Shown in pieces: positions 18,229 through 26,508 of a stretch of DNA of 61,227 bases. Origin of the DNA: Oligoflexia bacterium (GTDB lineage: Bacteria; Bdellovibrionota; UBA1018); contig CAIRTR010000130.1 of assembly GCA_903881565.1 (NCBI GenBank), positions 1 through 61,227 on the forward strand. Direction: 5' to 3'. A program made the position numbers and the translations under genes. The notes below the pieces were generated by a model. The model worked only from the letters and a program-made list of their open reading frames with translations. It searched no databases and was not told the DNA's origin. The stretch's first letter is position 1; each line of letters starts with the position of its first letter.

Positions 18229-19578
18229 TTGAAAGTTAAAAGAGCGTCCGCAATTCTTGGCGTTGGACTTTTTGTTATCTCCCTTCCCTGCCTTGGCGAT
18301 ATCCCGAGTAGATGCCTCAAGAACAAAGTTCATGGCCTGCTGATGAATGAAAAAGCCACCGACAGCGGCCGCGAATATCATCTGGCCGAAGACTCGTACC
18401 CCTTTTCCAATCCTCATGGAAACTTCGTGGCTGAAGTGGGTAAAAATGTTGATTTCACTCTTGCGAGCAAACCCGGAATAAGAATGATTGGACAGGTTGA
18501 AAGAGTCTATTTGAACGACCGTGGCGAAATGGTATCCGTGCGCCTTCTTGTCCCTAAGGCTGCCGTAAACGGGGGCGGCTTAGAGTCTCGGATCTTTACT
18601 CCCGACCGCATCACCTCCTGGAGCACCACGGGCTTGGCGAAGAAACGTATGGATTTACTTTTAGCGGAGCGCCCCTCTCCTCACTCTGAAGCCACGGTTG
18701 TGATTCGCCAACCAAACGAGACTCAGTATCTTGAAAACGTCGCAAAAAAAGAGGCGAATGAAAATTTTTCAGCACGACTAAAGGCGGAGCGGGCCCAAAT
18801 TCCAGCCGAAATGGCGATAGATGCCAGGCAGTTGGATATGGCATGGAGAGATTCGCTTTCCGAGATTCAAAAGAAGGCGTTTCTTGAAAACCTGCGGATT
18901 CAAGACAAAAAGATGGCGAGATTTTTGGGGTTAAAGGACCCGGCACAAACAACTGCACTTCAAGCCGCATTTGCGGAAAAGCCGACGCCGGATTTTCTCG
19001 TGGCACCCTTTACAATTGAAACCCTCCCGGGAAAAACGCTCACAATGACAAGGCGTCAGGATTCACGTAATGGCTGGTGGTACGAGGCAACCTACAAGGA
19101 GATTAAACCCGGAAACAAATTCGCAGTCTTTCCGATCACTGAGCCCAAGAACCTGAACGCGCTTCTACCCGGACTTCTTGCTGTTTCTAAGAAAATGGGC
19201 GCTTCAGGTTTTCGTTTGGGAGCATCGCCCTCAAACATATTCCGATCCGACCCCATGGCTGTTTACTTTGAGAGTTTGGAAGCTGCACAAAACTACGCCC
19301 GCGCCATCTCGCACTACCTTGCGGCCGAAAAGAAGGGCTCATCAACGGTGCCAGAAGGTATGGGCACTGCCGCTCCTTCGGTTGGAATCGGGATTGAAAG
19401 CCTAACTCACAGCCCGGCAGATCATGCACCCCATCTGAAAATGGTTGAAGAAGCGAAGATTCGCGCGGAGCTAAAATGCAAAGGCGTCACTAAGTGCATC
19501 TGTGAGGAGTTTGCGCGCATCGGTCTCAATTCAGAAACTTTGCGACCACTTCCTGCCGGACAATTCAGTTGTCAGTGA
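18229..19578 (+). CDS. Secreted hypothetical protein (TTG start)
   Basis: GAGGGAGAG lies upstream of the TTG at 18229. Signal-like N-terminus. The C-terminal half (KFAVFPI...GFRLGASPSNIFRSDPMAVYFESLEAA) is faintly reminiscent of HopA1-type effector-family proteins, but that is not a secure call. Confidence 0.6.
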   Translation: MKVKRASAILGVGLFVISLPCLGDIPSRCLKNKVHGLLMNEKATDSGREYHLAEDSYPFSNPHGNFVAEVGKNVDFTLASKPGIRMIGQVERVYLNDRGEMVSVRLLVPKAAVNGGGLESRIFTPDRITSWSTTGLAKKRMDLLLAERPSPHSEATVVIRQPNETQYLENVAKKEANENFSARLKAERAQIPAEMAIDARQLDMAWRDSLSEIQKKAFLENLRIQDKKMARFLGLKDPAQTTALQAAFAEKPTPDFLVAPFTIETLPGKTLTMTRRQDSRNGWWYEATYKEIKPGNKFAVFPITEPKNLNALLPGLLAVSKKMGASGFRLGASPSNIFRSDPMAVYFESLEAAQNYARAISHYLAAEKKGSSTVPEGMGTAAPSVGIGIESLTHSPADHAPHLKMVEEAKIRAELKCKGVTKCICEEFARIGLNSETLRPLPAGQFSCQ

Positions 19579-19590
19579 TCTGATCCACGC

Positions 19591-20685
19591 TCAAAGATAA
19601 TAGTGTAGCTGCAGCGTTACGTACTCACTCCAATCGAGCGGAAACGAGGGCAACTTCTGGCGCTGCCAAAGCAAGTTGAATTCAAAATGGGGTCGAGGAA
19701 AAAACTGAGTCCCGAAACCATACGCCCCAAACTGTGTGCGTGAATCCAGAAAATCCTGGCGAGCCGCCTCCTGCTCCACATAGAACACAAGTCCCTTCAG
19801 GGGTTCGTAATTGAGCTGATTCAGAGTCGAAAACCCATTCTTCGAGCGATCGCCATCGGAAGATCTTTTCTGAAGCATGAGCTCCGACATCAAAACGAGT
19901 TTAGGCGTGAAACCCAAAACCGCAAACGGGCCACCGACTTGTCGACTAAACGCAGTTTTCGTCCCAGCGTAGTAACTTAGCCCGACTTGGAAACGATCCC
20001 AGAAGGCCATCGCAGGCCGAACAGAAATTCCCTTTTCGGCATCCAACGCCGAATCATCAGGACGCCCCAGGTTTCCCGTCAAAAAGGTCGAAAACTGCTC
20101 ACCCAACCACGCGGCCTCAACATTATAACTCTCACTGCCTTCGTCCCATCCCAAGTGACGCTGAATTGATGAGCGATGATCAGGAGCCATCAGTCCAAAT
20201 GCCTGTTGAAACCTCCCGGCCCGAAAAGAGAGTTCGTCAGTAGGGCGGTAGTTGATATAGTGCCTGCGCGATTGAGCTTCCTTATTATAAAGACCAACCA
20301 TCGCATCCGCGGTCCAAGGTCCCACCACTGCCGCCGCTTCAACGTCCGCCTGCATAAACAAGAATCGTCCGTTACGAACTTGGGGTGTATCTCGATAAAT
20401 CCCGACGGATCTGACATCACCACCCAGGCGTAACCATCCGGGAGCAGGAACTGCGCCGTAGAGAAAAGCCCCTTCGTTTTCGCGTCCAGCGCTGCTCATA
20501 AGCGTTGTTGAAAGTTGTCTCCCATAGGGGGTCAAAACACCACTGCCGCTGGGACTCACGTGACAAGCAATACAATTCACGTAACCGTGCCGGACGAATT
20601 CAGTAAAAGCATGCGCGTTCGGCGCGACCGCCGCCAACAAGACGACCAAAAAAAAGTGAAACTGAAACTTTTCTCGCAACAACAT
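19591..20685 (-). CDS. Predicted outer-membrane beta-barrel protein with N-terminal CxxCH haem-c motif (cassette 1)
   Basis: Signal peptide ends ...NAHA. The mature N-terminus is FTEFVRHGYVNCIACH (CIACH at 20560..20574). About 320 aa of strand-like sequence follow, ending LQLHYYL. Paralogue of 42049..43197. The start overlaps the YceI stop by 1 nt (TGATG). Confidence 0.7.
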   Translation of the reverse strand: MLLREKFQFHFFLVVLLAAVAPNAHAFTEFVRHGYVNCIACHVSPSGSGVLTPYGRQLSTTLMSSAGRENEGAFLYGAVPAPGWLRLGGDVRSVGIYRDTPQVRNGRFLFMQADVEAAAVVGPWTADAMVGLYNKEAQSRRHYINYRPTDELSFRAGRFQQAFGLMAPDHRSSIQRHLGWDEGSESYNVEAAWLGEQFSTFLTGNLGRPDDSALDAEKGISVRPAMAFWDRFQVGLSYYAGTKTAFSRQVGGPFAVLGFTPKLVLMSELMLQKRSSDGDRSKNGFSTLNQLNYEPLKGLVFYVEQEAARQDFLDSRTQFGAYGFGTQFFPRPHFEFNLLWQRQKLPSFPLDWSEYVTLQLHYYL

Positions 20686-21323
20686 CAGTGTGCTCCCGCC
20701 GCAGCGGCTACGGGCGCATCAAAATGCACGGTGACCGTGACGATCTCGGCAACAGTGATTCCGGCAAAGCTTGGAATCTCAATTTTAAAATCACTGAGCT
20801 TAAGCGGGAACTCTGCATCCACTACAAAGTTTTTTTCCTTCTCTACAAGCTCCGCGTCGCCTTCAACTCCATGCGTGACTCCATGAAAAGTCAAATCACC
20901 CTTAAAATGAACTTTGCCTTTAATTGGGGAAGAATCGGGAAGAGCAAGATCGGCGAACTTAAGTTCTGCTTGAGGAAACTTTGGAACTTCAAAATATTTT
21001 TCCTTCATGTGCTCTGTGCGCGTATCAATGCCTGTGTCGAGAGTAGCGAGATCAAATTTCACTGCACCTGCAGCCAAGGGTTTGCCACTTGCGCGACTGA
21101 TCGTCACCACGCCCTCGGGAGCAACTCCCTTGCCACGAATGCGTAGAGCACTGGGTCTCCCAATAGCGAGGAACTCGACTGAGCCACTGGTTTTCTGAAT
21201 CCTCACTTCAACCGGCGTGCCAGAAGGCACGCCTACGGGCGCGGCCACCTGGGCGGCAAAAGAACTCAAAGAAAAACCAAAAACCAAAACCGGGAAAATA
21301 GACTTAATCATTTTTTGCTCCAT
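20685..21323 (-). CDS. YceI-like family protein, secreted (cassette 1)
   Basis: Signal peptide present. GSVEFLAIG...FDLATLDTGIDTRTEHMKEKYFEVPKFPQAELKF...GDLTFHGVTH matches the YceI-like lipid/polyisoprenoid-binding domain pattern. Confidence 0.85.
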   Translation of the reverse strand: MEQKMIKSIFPVLVFGFSLSSFAAQVAAPVGVPSGTPVEVRIQKTSGSVEFLAIGRPSALRIRGKGVAPEGVVTISRASGKPLAAGAVKFDLATLDTGIDTRTEHMKEKYFEVPKFPQAELKFADLALPDSSPIKGKVHFKGDLTFHGVTHGVEGDAELVEKEKNFVVDAEFPLKLSDFKIEIPSFAGITVAEIVTVTVHFDAPVAAAAGAH

Positions 21324-21669
21324 TCTTGATCCAAAGGTAGATGGCTAAAATTTCATCATCGCTCAACATCGGTGCAAGCGGTGGCATCGATCCGTCGCTG
21401 ACGACTGTGTAGAGGTGACTTTTTTCAGGATCCCCGACCCGCACAGTCTCAAGAAGTGCGTGATGACTTGAGAAACTATCTTCGCCACCGCCTCCATGAC
21501 ATTGGGAACATTTGGGCAAGATGATGTGGTCTTGAATAGAAGTATAAGTCGCCTGCACGACAGACTCGGCACTAAGCTCTTGATTTTTGAGCGTATACCC
21601 ACAGCCACATCCGAAAACCGCTAGCCCTAAAACGAAACCAAATAACGGCAAGTATTTGAAATTTAGCAT
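21304..21669 (-). CDS. Small mono-haem c-type cytochrome domain lipoprotein (PSCyt1-like; cassette 1)
   Basis: The ATG at 21669 is preceded by AAGGTGG. Lipoprotein-like LAVFGCGCG. CSQCH, then VGDPEKSHLY...GSMPP...LSDDEILAIYLWIKNGA is the Planctomycete-type cytochrome C (PSCyt1) domain pattern. Confidence 0.75.
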   Translation of the reverse strand: MLNFKYLPLFGFVLGLAVFGCGCGYTLKNQELSAESVVQATYTSIQDHIILPKCSQCHGGGGEDSFSSHHALLETVRVGDPEKSHLYTVVSDGSMPPLAPMLSDDEILAIYLWIKNGAKND

Positions 21670-21688
21670 CTTTCCCACCTTAGCTCCC

Positions 21689-21705
21689 TGCCATTTTAAA
21701 TGGCA
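21689..21705. promoter_or_regulatory. Perfect 17-bp palindrome TGCCATTT-T-AAATGGCA in a divergent promoter region
   Basis: Read directly from the sequence. It lies 20 nt upstream of the cassette-1 cytochrome start and about 70 nt upstream of the divergent gene at 21777. Function unknown. Confidence 0.35.
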
Positions 21706-21776
21706 AGGGACTTTGAATATTTCTCACACCCAGGAGGTTGACAGCAGTAACTCACAGTGTTAAACGCACAGCAACA

Positions 21777-22847
21777 ATGAAGCACTTACACACCTTTATA
21801 AGCCCAAAGGCCATGGCCCTTGGATTTGCTCTCAGCGCTCTCCTCTTGGAATCATCGCGGACCTATGCGTTTGAAACTGACCAGCTCTCGGAGAGAAACG
21901 TAAATCCGTTAGACTCAAGTGAGCGCATCAACAGCTACGCCAATAAATTTTTGGAAGAGTGCCGCGTTAAAACTAACGAAGACATTCAAGATGCCTGGTT
22001 TGACTGGAGCGACGAAAAGATTTCTGACAAATTTCGCAAATGCGTTTTTAAAGCCAATCCTTTTAGTTTTCACTACTTCGGGGCACGTGTCGAAGTCTGG
22101 ATGAGAACCGATCTTGAAAATCACGGCTACGCTGTGGGCTCCGGGAGCGATAAGGAAAAAAACATTTACGGTGATTTTCGAAGCGCCTACCATTTTTTTC
22201 ACCCCTGGCATCCAAGCCCTCTTGTGTTTGAGTTCGCTCGGTTAGTATCGGGCGAGCTTTCCTCCCCGACTTTTGTTTCGAAAGAAATCCGCTTTGGCGC
22301 AGACAAGTTGAGCCATCTTTTTCGTTTGGGCTATAAATACTGGGATAAGAGTGATCGGGGACTTAACGACGCTGATGCGATTCACTTCGGCACAAAAACA
22401 GAGCTAGGGATGCTGGGGCGCCGAGGAATTGGCGTTTTCTCCTACGCCGATCTCTCTGCTAACTACTCGGGCTACCTATTCTACAAAAACATGATCGCGT
22501 CCGTCGAAGACCCCGCTTGGCTGACACACACGTTTCACTACGGAATCGTTTGGAACATTGGAAAGAACCTTCCCCAAATTGAACTTATTCGTGCGTTCAA
22601 CCTTGCGGATTACGCCACCCAGGACTGGGATGAGTACCTGAACCCATCGGTGTACGTTCCTTCGCTTCAACGATCCGTAACCCAGCACTTACAAGAGCAT
22701 CGCCTCGAAATCTGCTCACAATTCAAAGATTGGAAATCTTCGAATGCCACGCCTTTGAAGCCGCTCAGAGAGAAGCCTCAGTACGTGGATCTTGCGATTG
22801 CGCCGCCGCAGGTTGATCCCTTTAAGGTAGAAGCGCTCTGCGAATAA
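21777..22847 (+). CDS. Secreted hypothetical protein
   Basis: MKHLHTFISPKAMALGFALSALLLESSRTYA is a signal peptide. 356-aa ORF, no family recognised. Confidence 0.65.
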   Translation: MKHLHTFISPKAMALGFALSALLLESSRTYAFETDQLSERNVNPLDSSERINSYANKFLEECRVKTNEDIQDAWFDWSDEKISDKFRKCVFKANPFSFHYFGARVEVWMRTDLENHGYAVGSGSDKEKNIYGDFRSAYHFFHPWHPSPLVFEFARLVSGELSSPTFVSKEIRFGADKLSHLFRLGYKYWDKSDRGLNDADAIHFGTKTELGMLGRRGIGVFSYADLSANYSGYLFYKNMIASVEDPAWLTHTFHYGIVWNIGKNLPQIELIRAFNLADYATQDWDEYLNPSVYVPSLQRSVTQHLQEHRLEICSQFKDWKSSNATPLKPLREKPQYVDLAIAPPQVDPFKVEALCE

Positions 22848-22851
22848 GCGC

Positions 22852-24195
22852 ATGACAAAAGTGCCGCCTCGCAAAGTTAAGAAACTAAAAAAAATCCGCG
22901 AAGGCGCGCTTTCCAGAAGCTGGGCTCTCGCTAAGGTTTCGATGGCCGCGGGAGCCAAGGCGGCGTCTCATGCCGTGGGCACAGTGTTCTCCACGGAGGC
23001 TGATCAGCCCGATCGCCTCAAAGCGCTGTTGATGTCTCAGGTTGATTTACTGACCCGCGAATTAGGGCAGCTCAAAGGCAGTGCGATGAAGGTCGGGCAG
23101 ATGCTTTCGATGTACGGAGAGAAGTTTCTTCCACCCGAGGCAAATGCCTTACTCAAGTCTCTCCAGAGCCAGTCTCCTCCGCTCGAATGGGAAGCCATTG
23201 AAAAAGTATTGCGACGACAGCTCAGCATTAAGCAGCTTGCGCTTCTTGACGTTGACCCTGAGTCCATGGCAAGCGCTTCGCTTGGGCAAGTGCACCGCGC
23301 GCGGGTCAAGTCGAGCGGCAGATGGCTTGCCATGAAAATCCAATATCCGGGAGTGGATCAAGCGATCGAAGGCGATTTGAAGGCGTTGCGCTCGTTGTTG
23401 ACGTTGGCTAAGTTGATTCCGCGAAATATTGCGACCGATGAACTGTTTAAAGAAGTTCGGCAGATGCTTCATCAGGAGGTGGATTATTCTCGTGAGCTTG
23501 AACTCACTCAGGAGTTCCGTGCGGCGCTGAAGGATGACCCCCGCTTCATTATTCCAGAGCCGTTTCCGGAATTTTCGAGCTCAAGAGTTTTGACGACAAG
23601 CTTTGAGGAAGGAATCGCTGTCGATAGCCCGGAGATATTGGCACTCCCCCAGGAACGACGAAATGCCATAGGAGCTCTCGCACTTGATCTGTATTTTAAA
23701 GAGATCTTCACCCTCAAAATGATGCAGACGGATCCGCACTTCGGAAATTACCGAATCCGCTTGGGCACGAACGGTGAGCCTGATCGGATGGTGCTCTTTG
23801 ATTTTGGGGCCGTTAGAAAATTTCCACAGTCATTTTTAAAACCCTATTATGCGATGATTAAGGCCGCAGCTAACAAGGATAAAGAGGGCCTCCTGAAGGC
23901 GTCACGTCAGCTTGGATTTTTGGAAGAGGGAGATCCCGTAGAGCTTGATGAATATTTTGCTGAACTTGTTTTCTTGATCACCGAGCCTTTTAACGGCGAG
24001 TATGATTGGGGCGGTAGTGACTTACCTCAGCGCGTGGCGACCAAGGCTGGGCAGATGGCTTTGAAATTCAAACTCCGGGCTCCACCGCGAGAGATTTTGT
24101 TTTTGGATCGAAAAATGGGAGGAGTTTTTATTTTACTTTCGGTCCTTCAAGCACGTTTTGATGCGAGACCAGTGTTGGAGCCGTATCTGGTGTGA
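22852..24195 (+). CDS. ABC1/AarF/UbiB-family atypical kinase
   Basis: KVGQMLS, ASLGQVHRARV...AMKIQYPGV and TDPHFGNY (HPGN-like) motifs of the ABC1 kinase family. Confidence 0.9.
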   Translation: MTKVPPRKVKKLKKIREGALSRSWALAKVSMAAGAKAASHAVGTVFSTEADQPDRLKALLMSQVDLLTRELGQLKGSAMKVGQMLSMYGEKFLPPEANALLKSLQSQSPPLEWEAIEKVLRRQLSIKQLALLDVDPESMASASLGQVHRARVKSSGRWLAMKIQYPGVDQAIEGDLKALRSLLTLAKLIPRNIATDELFKEVRQMLHQEVDYSRELELTQEFRAALKDDPRFIIPEPFPEFSSSRVLTTSFEEGIAVDSPEILALPQERRNAIGALALDLYFKEIFTLKMMQTDPHFGNYRIRLGTNGEPDRMVLFDFGAVRKFPQSFLKPYYAMIKAAANKDKEGLLKASRQLGFLEEGDPVELDEYFAELVFLITEPFNGEYDWGGSDLPQRVATKAGQMALKFKLRAPPREILFLDRKMGGVFILLSVLQARFDARPVLEPYLV

Positions 24196-24285
24196 TTTGG
24201 GGTCACTGTGAAATCCGGATATCGGGGTGGGGCCGACCACCAATAACTCTTTGCATTAGATTTATGCCAAGTTTCTACCGCTGTC

Positions 24286-24426
24286 CTAAAATCGGACAAA
24301 GTGAATGAAAACCAAACCAAGCAGTTCTCTTCGTGAGAGCCCTTGGTAACCACAAATCCAGGTTTTTTGTTTAAGTTTCTCTAGCGCGATCCGACGAGGA
24401 TAACAGTACTGTTTGTTATCTTTCAT
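24286..24426 (-). other. 46-aa small ORF (below the ORF-track cutoff) with a perfect Shine-Dalgarno sequence. Coding status uncertain.
   Basis: My own translation of the minus strand gives AAGGAGGTGATCCAA-ATG, then MKDNKQYCYPRRIALEKLKQKTWICGYQGLSRRELLGLVFIHFVRF-stop. No homology recognised. Confidence 0.25.
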
Positions 24427-24434
24427 TTGGATCA

Positions 24435-24459
24435 CCTCCTTTCCTACCGGGAAAGGGGG
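24435..24459. promoter_or_regulatory. Hairpin overlapping the Shine-Dalgarno sequence of the small ORF
   Basis: Plus strand reads CCTCCTTTCC-TACCG-GGAAAGGGGG (10 pairs including one G-T). On the minus-strand RNA this gives 7 bp, a C-A mismatch, then 2 bp, pairing CCCCCUUUCC with GGAAAGGAGG. Confidence 0.35.
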
Positions 24460-24570
24460 TAGATCCTTCTACTCTGCTTGGTTTGGCGAAGGATGCAGAG
24501 CAAAATCAATACCACTTTAGAGACCCATTACTTCGAAAGGTAAAGGACCTAAATGTGATACAGTAGGCGC

Positions 24571-25110
24571 ATGCTATCCATACACCAGGCACAGATTTGC
24601 GACATTCCAGCACTATACAATCATTTAAAACGGCACGACCTCGAGTCCGGAACCAGTGGCGATCTCATTTTCGCGCCCTTTGAAGAACCGTGGAGTCGCC
24701 TTGAAGATGATCTGCTCAAAGAGAAAAAAGAGAAATGGCAGAAACATATCACTGAGGTTGGCTGGGAGCGCTGTTGGGTTGCTTCAGACGAGCTGGGCAT
24801 TTATGGTGAAATCAAATTAGTCCAGCAGCCGCCACTCCGCACTTCGCTTCATCGTGCCACCGTGATGATGGGAATTGAGCGCCCTTATCGTGCACTGGGT
24901 TTGGGCTCACAACTCATGAAGGCGGCTTTGGAATGGGCGAAAGAGCAGCCCTCTCTCGAATGGCTAGAGTTGGGTGTTTTCGCACATAATGAGCCAGCGA
25001 TTCGGCTATACGAGAAATTCTGTTTCCAAGAGGTAGGACGTACTGTTGATCTTTTTCGTGTCCACGGTAACAAAATCGACGACATTCACATGACCCTGCA
25101 GCTTCCTTGA
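24571..25110 (+). CDS. GNAT family N-acetyltransferase
   Basis: Acetyl-CoA-binding motif A region RALGLGSQLMKAALEWAKEQ, followed by NEPAIRLYEKFCFQEVG. Confidence 0.85.
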   Translation: MLSIHQAQICDIPALYNHLKRHDLESGTSGDLIFAPFEEPWSRLEDDLLKEKKEKWQKHITEVGWERCWVASDELGIYGEIKLVQQPPLRTSLHRATVMMGIERPYRALGLGSQLMKAALEWAKEQPSLEWLELGVFAHNEPAIRLYEKFCFQEVGRTVDLFRVHGNKIDDIHMTLQLP

Positions 25111-25361
25111 AAACTGAAGTACTGAAAGAATGTCCAATACTCACAAGAGATTTGGGGGAGATTTAGCGGGGTTATTTCCTGGTGGAACTAGTGGACCGAG
25201 GGGTCTTAACCTTGATGATGGCACGGTGGTCATTCAAATAATGACTCCCTTACAAACAAAGCGTGATTCCCTCATTAAAAAACAACCACGTTTGAAATTC
25301 TTTTTTCTCATTTGCCTTTGTGTGGGCTGATGACTTAAATTAAGAAAGTGGAGTCATTCTA

Positions 25362-25921
25362 ATGATTATGAAAAAGCTCATCGGTCGTGAACGGATAATC
25401 TTTTTGTTTGGAGCAATAATAGCGTTCTTTCTCCATGATGCACAAACAAGATTACAGATTTCCTATAATACACTATTTTTAGTCCGAATTTATCTGTGGT
25501 CGGCAGTTCTTGTCATTCCTATAGGGGTTCTGTTTTTTTCCTAGTGTCGAGAGCGTATGGAAATGAGTTTGATTTTTGGATTTCTGTTGCCTATTTTCCT
25601 CTGATTGTTTCTTTTGTACTGCTTTTTAGCTGTGCGATAATGCTTATTAACGTAAAGTTTGACAGCTCTGTTTCTCGCTCGGTAAAGTCGCTAGTTGTTA
25701 AGCGGTATGGGTATCAGTACTCCCGGCACAATTATGGGCCGAAACAGTACCAAGTAGAAATTCAAAGCTGGTTACCCCAACGCGTTTTTGAAGTTTTCTT
25801 GGTAAAATACGCTATTTATAAGGATTTGAGACCTCAAGAAAGTTCGATCTCATTTTCGGTACATTTAGGGGCTCTTTCTTTGCCCTGGGTTGATAAAATT
25901 GCGGTGTCGGGGTCCCAGTAG
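25362..25921 (+). pseudogene. Membrane protein gene split by a frameshift at a T7 homopolymer (ORFs 25362..25544 and 25496..25921)
   Basis: The two ORFs overlap in adjacent frames. Adding one T to the T7 run at 25533..25539 joins ...PIGVLFF to FLVSRAYGNEF..., giving a protein of about 186 aa with several hydrophobic helices. The second ORF otherwise needs a GTG start with no visible RBS. Confidence 0.45.
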
Positions 25922-26136
25922 CGCCAAATTTCACGTGATGACGATTCTTTTGTTTCGGCATTAAGCAGGAAACTTGAGGCCCCTATCAGAGGTTCATCAA
26001 CCTAATACTAAAAAGCCGAATGACAGACACTTAAGCGCTTTAACGCCGACCCCACACAAACTGAAAGAACGCGAACAACCCCAGCCCCACATTTCTTGTG
26101 ATTAAGTGCCAAGCTATCCTAATCTGCTGCGGCACT

Positions 26137-26508
26137 CTAAGCGAGTTTCAAGCCCACACTTGAAAAGTGTCTGAAGTCATCGTCGTTCGAAATCAGCTTT
26201 GCCTTGTGATCCAAGCATGTCTGGGCGATAAGGCAGTCCATGGTCCTCGCCTTAAGCCCTTTTTCTAGGAGGGTATTTCGCAAAAAGCCAACCCGCTCCC
26301 AATATTCATTCAAAATTTCAAGCCTAGGAAGCTGGATCAAATTCTGCTTGTCCTCTTTGCTCAGTGTCTTCGAGGCCAAAAGCTCGCAAAGCACTGGAGG
26401 CGACATGAATAGTATCTTCGCCTGAAGGGCTTCTCCAAGAATTTCGACTTCTCGCATTTTTCTGCCTTGGTAGAAATTGATCCAAGTCGAGGTGTCTGCA
26501 ACAATCAT
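26137..26508 (-). CDS. vapC: Type II toxin VapC (PIN domain ribonuclease)
   Basis: MIVADTSTWINF (first acidic PIN residue), E at ...CELLA, and ISNDDDF. 4-nt overlap with the upstream antitoxin gene. Confidence 0.85.
   Translation of the reverse strand: MIVADTSTWINFYQGRKMREVEILGEALQAKILFMSPPVLCELLASKTLSKEDKQNLIQLPRLEILNEYWERVGFLRNTLLEKGLKARTMDCLIAQTCLDHKAKLISNDDDFRHFSSVGLKLA

Noticed and set aside
24427-24441. The plus-strand TTGGATCACCTCCTT is identical to the 3' terminus of 16S rRNA, which suggested an rRNA gene end or fragment.
   Set aside because: Only 15 nt match. The upstream sequence (…GTTTGTTATCTTTCA) bears no resemblance to the 16S helix 45 region, and no rRNA-like sequence flanks it. 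It is better explained as the complement of a perfect Shine-Dalgarno on the minus strand.
25130-25330. 66-aa plus-strand ORF downstream of the GNAT gene.
   Set aside because: It has no RBS, a Gly/Pro-rich then hydrophobic composition, and no motif. I cannot distinguish it from a chance ORF in an A+T-rich spacer.
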